Assembly (NCBI GenBank): GCA_016281055.1
Contig: JAEEHW010000085.1
Coordinates: 15,203-79,202 of the forward strand
DNA length: 64,000 nucleotides
From: Prevotella sp.
GTDB taxonomy: Bacteria > Bacteroidota > Bacteroidia > Bacteroidales > Bacteroidaceae
Direction of reading: 5' to 3'
Part shown: positions 61,701 through 64,000 of the stretch, piece after piece
Layout: the number at the start of each line of letters is the position of its first letter
How positions within the stretch are numbered: position 1 is the stretch's first letter
Notes under the pieces: generated by a model
What the model was told of the DNA's origin: nothing
Database searches by the model: none
The model's input: the letters and a program-made list of their open reading frames with translations, nothing else
Made by a program: the position numbers and the translations under genes

Positions 61701-64000
61701 TCCTGCTTCTTCAGGTACGAACAATGGTAATGTCGTGGACATCAAGTTCCCTGACGACCTCGTAATCACTGGACATATCATAGGTGGATGTAACAATGCC
61801 AACTATGTATGGCACAACTCGGCAACTGGTAACGTGACAACTCACGTCGGTGGTTATCTGCTTGGTGAGCGCAAGTCTGAGAATCCTATGATTCGCCTGC
61901 TTGTTAAGAACAAGTTCAATCCATCGGTTGTTGAGATTACATCTGACAATGTATCTCATAACGAGTATAGGGGCGGCAACGTCTATGGCGGTTGCTACAG
62001 ATCAGGTAACATCATTGGTGACGTTATCGTTGACCTCCGAAGCAACATGCTGAAGGGATTGCGTACTGAATACTTCGATAATATCACTGATATAGGTGCT
62101 TCTGCATGTAACGTATATGGTGCCGGTTATGGTACTAACAGCTACGTCTATGGTGACACTAAGGTCATCGTTGGTGCAGAGACCGTATGTAAGACAAATG
62201 ATCCTCTCACTATTAACGACGGTAATGGTGCCAAGGGTTCTACACCTTTAGTCGCTAATGCTACGTATGAGGTATTCAATGACCAGGGTACTTCCGCTAA
62301 CTATATCTTCGGTGGTGGTCTGCAGGGTAACGTAGTAGGTAATGCTACTGTACGTTATCTCAACGGACGCACACTCCACTCTGTAACAGGTGGTTCATAC
62401 GCCGGTTACCTCTGGGGTAGCACTCAGGTGCTCGTAGGTTATCCTGACTATTACACTGTCAAGGAAGGCAAGCAGGGCGTCTATGCTGTTAAACGTAAGG
62501 ATGAGAGCACAGACAACCTTAGCCAGACTACGGTGAATATTAAGGGTGCCACTGAGCAGGCCATCAAGCAGGAGATTAAGCTCATGGCTGGTGACATCAT
62601 CGCACCTACGCTTTATGAGTCAATCATCGATGCTAATCCGACATTTGCTGTTGGCGAAAGCAAGGAGGCATTCACTAAGACATCTACAACTCCATCATAC
62701 GCAAATGGTTGGGAAGATGTTGACATCAATGTCGGTGAGGCTATCTATGGTGGCGGTTACTCATTGGCTTCTGGTTCTTCAGTGATGGCAAACAACACCA
62801 TCGTGCTGAAGTATGACGATCAGTACAACACCGATGAGGCAACTACAACAATGACATCTGTTGGCTATGGTGGTAACACCACTATGATAGTATGGGATAA
62901 TGTTCCAGATACTAACAACGATGGATATGCTGATGTACCAGGAAATGACGACAGGGATCACTTGACCATTTCTCAGCAGGAGATGACAGAGGTTGACCTG
63001 CCTCATGGCACAGACCTCTTCGGATACTACTATAAGGATAGGTATAATCACTATCATTACATCTATGAGGAGAACAAGTACTTCCAGGGTCTGGAATATC
63101 CAAAACCACCTCTCTATACTGGTACCTATGTATCAGCATATGATTTCGAGGCAGAGGGTGGTATGTATGGTGACGGTCACTTGTCATTCTCTGAGGGCTT
63201 CCGTACTGGTGAGATCAAGGGTTATGGCTACAATGGTGGTAGAACCATCGAGGGAGCCCGCCTGATGAACTCATTCCAGCGAATGGATATCCTGCGTGTA
63301 GAGGATTGTAACGTCATCATGCTTGGTGCGCGTGACTACGCTACCAACGTGACCAACACGACCCCATACTCTATGTCACGTATCGGTGAGCTTCAGATGG
63401 TAAGTCGTATTGATGACCGTGCAGATTTGCAGTCAGTTTCCTATATCACAATGGAAGATTCTATTCAGGGTGATAAGGGTGCACGTAACTTCCTCGGATT
63501 GTCTAACAACATCCTCTATGTAGGTTGTATCTATACCAATACTCCGTTCTCAGCTAAATGGCATGACTATGAGAACAAACTTGGTACAGGTGACGATGCA
63601 GTGTCATACCAGCAGAAGAAGCAGAGTTATATCAATGCTTTCTATCCTGATAAGACTGACAATGTTAACTTCCAGAAACGTAACGATGCTACAGCCAAGA
63701 ATATGATTGGTGTATCATCTGGTTATGCTCTGAAAGTACAGAATGTGACAACGCGTGTTGTTGGTTCTAAGGATCTTGAGGGTCAGGACAAGACCACACA
63801 GGTTGACTCTGTATTCTATGGTCCTATCGTAGGTGTTGCTGAGGTGAACCTAATGAGTTCTCGTCTTGACGAGGGTGGTGGTTACATCTATGCTGACAAT
63901 ATTCACAAACGTCCAGCTGATGATGCAACGAGCAGCAATGGCCCTGGACAGCCTGACTTCCTTATGACAACGGGTAACTTCGTGTTCCCACATAACGCAC
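49735..64000 (+). CDS. giant secreted protein 4 (more than 4755 codons, 3' end beyond the window): GLUG-motif-like N-terminal region, then a very long [FY]GGG-type beta-helix-like repeat region
   Basis: Not in the ORF track because there is no stop in the window. All listed + ORFs in 49.7-64 kb are in one other frame. My translation from ATG 49735 reads MKRTDRILTTFKRFFVLTVIATVGTLSAFSQWDGNTPGSIAEAGITGTGTNGDPYIIRD... and stays open to 64000. GLUG-like units include NTGLFLGVSGTVERLTISN, SIGALAGSVTGSGVI, FVGGVAGNVAS and AVGVVAGMVTNNSTV. There is one Ig-like module (VSYQWYVLDG..GAYTCRVVV, from 54361). Confidence 0.85.
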   Translation, partial: MKRTDRILTTFKRFFVLTVIATVGTLSAFSQWDGNTPGSIAEAGITGTGTNGDPYIIRDAKAFAYFGSVMAGNTNYWEIPQEVGEIDLGNNVWKYGVAARINASYFAGHFNGNGTTIKNFKLTSADNCCNTGLFLGVSGTVERLTISNATMTDGNKYNNCNFGILCASVNNGTISKCQVLNSSMTFDHSVSAWGSTVSIGALAGSVTGSGVITDSKVTGTTITVAGGANGADDCTGTFLFVGGVAGNVASTSNLNRCGASGVKINMPIKRGTGWNNGSYGQGHIAAGGVVGNVKQPCTGMPENLCAYNCKIYCPMGSVGPVAGMFLKAGAWTEYGTSDQTVSDDYSAENGNVSAANREKTSSWMYNGYMLGLNSEIQSQNTFSRNYSASPTTVDGIDYLNVGDAATSLPRKNRVDNSQRQSRTVLWYTQNNGSQANNADNQGIIPSYSNSSWSTFNAPVYSYFMQGYNVGTYVESSQAEEFINGLAKVDKLAIIKLVDLNRGQRGKGAHSIQATVTEGTNPVTLKWYVDAAEQTGVTGTTCEASPKYSSTVTVTCMASDGASAVLTLPRAYLPTLNSPHMTDDKGSAASPYMTTQKGTVVEDNNTRGKAINPYVITDEEELRLWSELSRLSGTIENGIDENGNPIMDDADHFNTSNFLLETNVKFDTEKADDLTGLTEKMTFKDKNGKTLNAITYDNTQYRVRHKFNPAYHFEPICGFTSEDIYDAKHTFRGTFDGQAHTISGIRQVWRGGTLNMAYSERATQNWGLFGCIGGDKSHPAVVKNFIIEDAKFEHDVYNGSFMYASAMNCKARYDDTRGTSVAVGVVAGMVTNNSTVTNIDVRKSSIYASCVDWYVSVNDYCLIDLSASRGAYHLWVGGAIGRTQAAFDTQRGDIGGSISINKISVDVDLDVFPVRVKGTGFNYGFDNPDNSYSARSKRFLANIGGIVGSMYSSGNWSSLPWPQQAFFTGQMRGMCTISGPIFGFVNYGSMTEDITTGQSAHQHWIGYPGAIKSGYYNNYFLRHTRSDENVDENGNEAGGFYTKSDDVTVEGKGQMRSHATAGMIWENKASKNSNNGTSTSASNQLLVDGGQHGGNDGKLFYLGPITPTSPSSPLVDCGYNGYDGARSILKHEENTISGNDDLSGHYQGINQGIWKDWTKEAIQEGVIDEFDNLPYEAEYTWAWDDVTGRPILTSKSAEHLDADTLPGTHALELQATLKVESAAEAYTYAWYDLCNETLVQGFKTAAAGGDKLVLSEQKTYDRFYYVVAKKGTEGGDDYKYFRSKIVKVPGTLQPNDVTATIEDNKTTISGTTYTSHQEYLGVRISEKNYYALPESIRVKTPADYYPCKNADDCMNKWVPDYEGSLAHITYSENGYEYDDGLNDWNTDYTPKPIYGDVPLTMFFENGVARTTKITNWEAIWNAYQAHFNNPGTDNATPKDALAEEMLLRIPAIYYSYAEFIGLDVQGGTYDATSTPNSGFTYSFNGDATNPRAGMSYIHRNVTKADYDAMPAGEKTVPAIAKHTLQVTLDPTESSLLAQGYQVSYQWYVLDGDPIEGETRSSLEIENAPDMDRGAYTCRVVVLDRHNCNNLVLLNKELSEMWGVDYVYINPSDLIIPYSDSNGSGTTGPGLDTNDGKSPEKPVKTWPAAYALLTENGTWNENQIILIGKSPASVTKEGFGLGTQNGNGNSTTGIYDVWYQRAQSKFMNRNATISSKRQTGAKFQGEIEMENSAGNGTQLALFGDTRFENITFSHESRDGGYGIIACQYYNLEMGDSIKMVNFPSASSASAEVGPLPGTKIADLQIFGGCNNDDRFLQMPGSVSNFEAKQYIPHPEGFTITVKSGFYSNICASGRQSTDTDLNGIVGTPNRPVKCTIIVDINRGCNNANMNYGNSTASYDVGAVMAGNHEGAQYGDVNIIIRSGIIGRVTSGSLGNKRKSKTFGTDMNAGFKAYKSYYGTRNNGDNQDVYQPFDTYFGRCNILVDPASSKMNKVAADVNDRVVISEIYGGALGRHMGSYTNAGVCMSTFYGKSNITINGGTFDLNSPEGDTEWTGTAGTGDGKYGLAAYSNTVYNVSINGQNKPYYRAQPGIYAAGAGGFNGIGGDELHTNDLRLPYWANAAEYTEKGVKLYNFADLSAKGIKDPHRIVKYGDYNEYKQHTGADKVYITCLDSIVYDPSQGKDIEYTTQIDPAETSTTITINGGKFFPRSLPQGAGIFGAGNGYVNNQLINFANQAPNPLGGSLLGKPGTTAVEMNINGGEFNCDIFGGGRGNDIYYAAGLRYWGNEGSIGGSDWAQGVYANPGTDYDSYGVTRDNYSRNARVLGNVVMNINGGVFKQNIYGSGSGSNMAGCEGMAEVIGSTTINVDSTAAKIYGNIYGGGNYAKTRVSTEVNVNSGYVYGSVFGGGNQATVGTLGTKTIYSADEYYSLADNVYTGEGAYTRDEAEEKGVIKDASGVEHNIGELKPGATGTQVPAGTGHSSVYTKTEKAYIYGDIFGGGNKADVWGDTYVGMSAGHIAGNIYGGGNGVYVDASNNAQANVHGFTEVFLNGYTVMWDYMFDTESWAAKTYDQRVEMTEEDILDSYLKSWSKNKDLFVTTETVNGKSVSKWFDRFSIGKTGDARTYNAHNIFGGGNIYCDVDSTARVTVTRGMTPKDLLETDEWKWSYYDNNTPHFYVFGGGNGPQTNVKNTYVNVGMEGVLTQDATTDEALAKPASYFIDEDGNQVTAAGDDNHSIGIFSNGYGIAGYTVLGVLGGGMEGQVNNDTEVTIGGNTFIHRVYGGGYGDRYRTVSNKMPAATTLGYVGNNTHVTANGGLIYGDIFGGGARGDVGNATCVEVLRDCKVYGSVYGGGDVAKVNAVKANTEEYATDTVTTVVIGGGNVFRNVFAGGSQGPVYGSTLVNIVDSTMFGKKVTPYIYHDIYGGGEKADIYGNTNVLVEGGNMAGDIFGGGLGIYVAGKNDSIISADVLQQTYVTVNGGSMLWSQKCDDWQQGTVYYFDNSNMIPMSRYKAGELTADDLKGTKGFYDWTANHFTTNHNVYGGGNVNSQITGNANVTMNHGLITEGLQYYDREELTPFAICWFNTILNKSYPQFSVLGGGYGEHTTIGGNTNVVMNVSNFNAPGDDATPEEQKAYAEYKNYKAYAEDLGQYKAFETEMRARWSALGDETKKQLYGGVNSNVFRRYRSSRYAWSGGVHGHVMANVYGGSWAGKVVGNANVMLDGTSGCRNVFGGGVGLASDDKLGEVAGDAFVTINGAIVSGSVFGGGAGVESADTNDDGIIDKDYNNVARVVKTTRVSVNSYLDTEDADFPADGTMVFGSVVGGGDVASVGAYQANYNNITPAAETADPVYTTDVEINGGLIFSPVYAGGSGRVKNLANDYTRLGAVYGHSRVSVNTPSSDTNSPWLWNRVYGGGMSGTVFGSTYVNVAGGNFGYDIFGGGFGEANGDESTDAAVKGNTHIDVSGGEWCISQKWISKDEEGNDIRAWAPANTYLTATYSPQYDPENKRFNIDHNIYGGGHACSTVSGDTYVTMTKGMLRKNTPLGREYTSGNIFIEGEWKESYDKVGSAHFSVFGAGYGELTTVENTHININIDGEVTPDASYEHPAQGDPVPYYQRFESLQSLLDVIGGGYNGMTNGATNVHIGNKTFMRRVFAGGYYAPVNETNVLVTSGSVDEVFGGGLIGDVYTNTNVQIGLRTTSQTFDSNTYNESNGTLFINKNIYGGNDVSGTIGYKNEEHTAGYGTHVNLHGGTLYGDVYGGGNGNYLYALGVNGEKKVTPNEHYLKTNVFEGYDLVYTVPMRDGMISSSVASDAQKIVNIASYRPSTIEANIQLHGMNADNKLVIEGDVFGGGNAATVDGVVSAGGVNSAKVNFNIKDYIKVGGIYLGSDGDALFKDSEDNPFLSNFQTINNINLEDTVIWDTDPANHGIKEKYLAVKNEDRPLVYPHLLDLYFQPVEMSVQPTVLWNGSETGNVTDATIGIFCCGGNRGNMNVYPASSGTNNGNVVDIKFPDDLVITGHIIGGCNNANYVWHNSATGNVTTHVGGYLLGERKSENPMIRLLVKNKFNPSVVEITSDNVSHNEYRGGNVYGGCYRSGNIIGDVIVDLRSNMLKGLRTEYFDNITDIGASACNVYGAGYGTNSYVYGDTKVIVGAETVCKTNDPLTINDGNGAKGSTPLVANATYEVFNDQGTSANYIFGGGLQGNVVGNATVRYLNGRTLHSVTGGSYAGYLWGSTQVLVGYPDYYTVKEGKQGVYAVKRKDESTDNLSQTTVNIKGATEQAIKQEIKLMAGDIIAPTLYESIIDANPTFAVGESKEAFTKTSTTPSYANGWEDVDINVGEAIYGGGYSLASGSSVMANNTIVLKYDDQYNTDEATTTMTSVGYGGNTTMIVWDNVPDTNNDGYADVPGNDDRDHLTISQQEMTEVDLPHGTDLFGYYYKDRYNHYHYIYEENKYFQGLEYPKPPLYTGTYVSAYDFEAEGGMYGDGHLSFSEGFRTGEIKGYGYNGGRTIEGARLMNSFQRMDILRVEDCNVIMLGARDYATNVTNTTPYSMSRIGELQMVSRIDDRADLQSVSYITMEDSIQGDKGARNFLGLSNNILYVGCIYTNTPFSAKWHDYENKLGTGDDAVSYQQKKQSYINAFYPDKTDNVNFQKRNDATAKNMIGVSSGYALKVQNVTTRVVGSKDLEGQDKTTQVDSVFYGPIVGVAEVNLMSSRLDEGGGYIYADNIHKRPADDATSSNGPGQPDFLMTTGNFVFPHNA
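55141..62775 (+). repeat. coding repeat region: more than 30 degenerate units carrying [IV][FY]GGG[Nx] motifs
   Basis: Examples read from the DNA: IFGGGRGND (56521), NIYGGGNYAK, SVFGGGNQAT, DIFGGGNKAD, NIYGGGNGVY, DIFGGGARGD, SVYGGGDVAK, NVYGGGNVNS, DVYGGGNGNY, DVFGGGNAAT, AIYGGGYSLA. Confidence 0.8.

Overview
This is most likely a Bacteroidota (Prevotellaceae-like) chromosomal segment. That placement is an inference from TAnnTTTG -7 boxes ahead of most genes, Cys-lipobox pilin-like lipoproteins, T9SS-type C-terminal tails and a near absence of Shine-Dalgarno sites.

The left 11 kb is core housekeeping. On the minus strand it has asnS (partial), an rluB-like gene with a long RGG/GYGQ-rich extension, and purB. 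On the plus strand it has an OmpA-family gene, a compact ribD-ribE-ribBA-ribH cluster and a DUF1846/UPF0371 gene.

From 11.4 kb to the right edge (more than 52 kb) every supported gene is on the + strand and looks accessory. In order:
- an 82-aa acidic Gly-rich ORF
- a secreted pilin-like protein with an NSE/NSD linker and a C-terminal dockerin
- two Cys-lipobox fimbrillin-like lipoproteins
- a 96-aa ORF
- three tandem giant paralogs (3769, 3208 and 3806 aa)
- a fourth giant ORF of more than 4755 codons that runs off the window and is missing from the ORF track

The three giant paralogs are built from Ig-like, Big_2, InlB-B-repeat-like and CHB_HEX_C-like modules, followed by a CE8 pectinesterase-like beta-helix and a T9SS-CTD-like tail. 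The CE8 catalytic motifs are intact in paralog 2, partly kept in paralog 3 and erased in paralog 1.

Intergenic DNA is unusually rich in short-period satellites (7-bp and 9-bp units, one of which is also used as coding linker), hairpin-bearing direct repeats and a 95-bp mosaic element. I saw no rRNA or tRNA genes, CRISPR array, transposase or integrase. All domain calls come from motif reading by eye and need HMM or structure confirmation.
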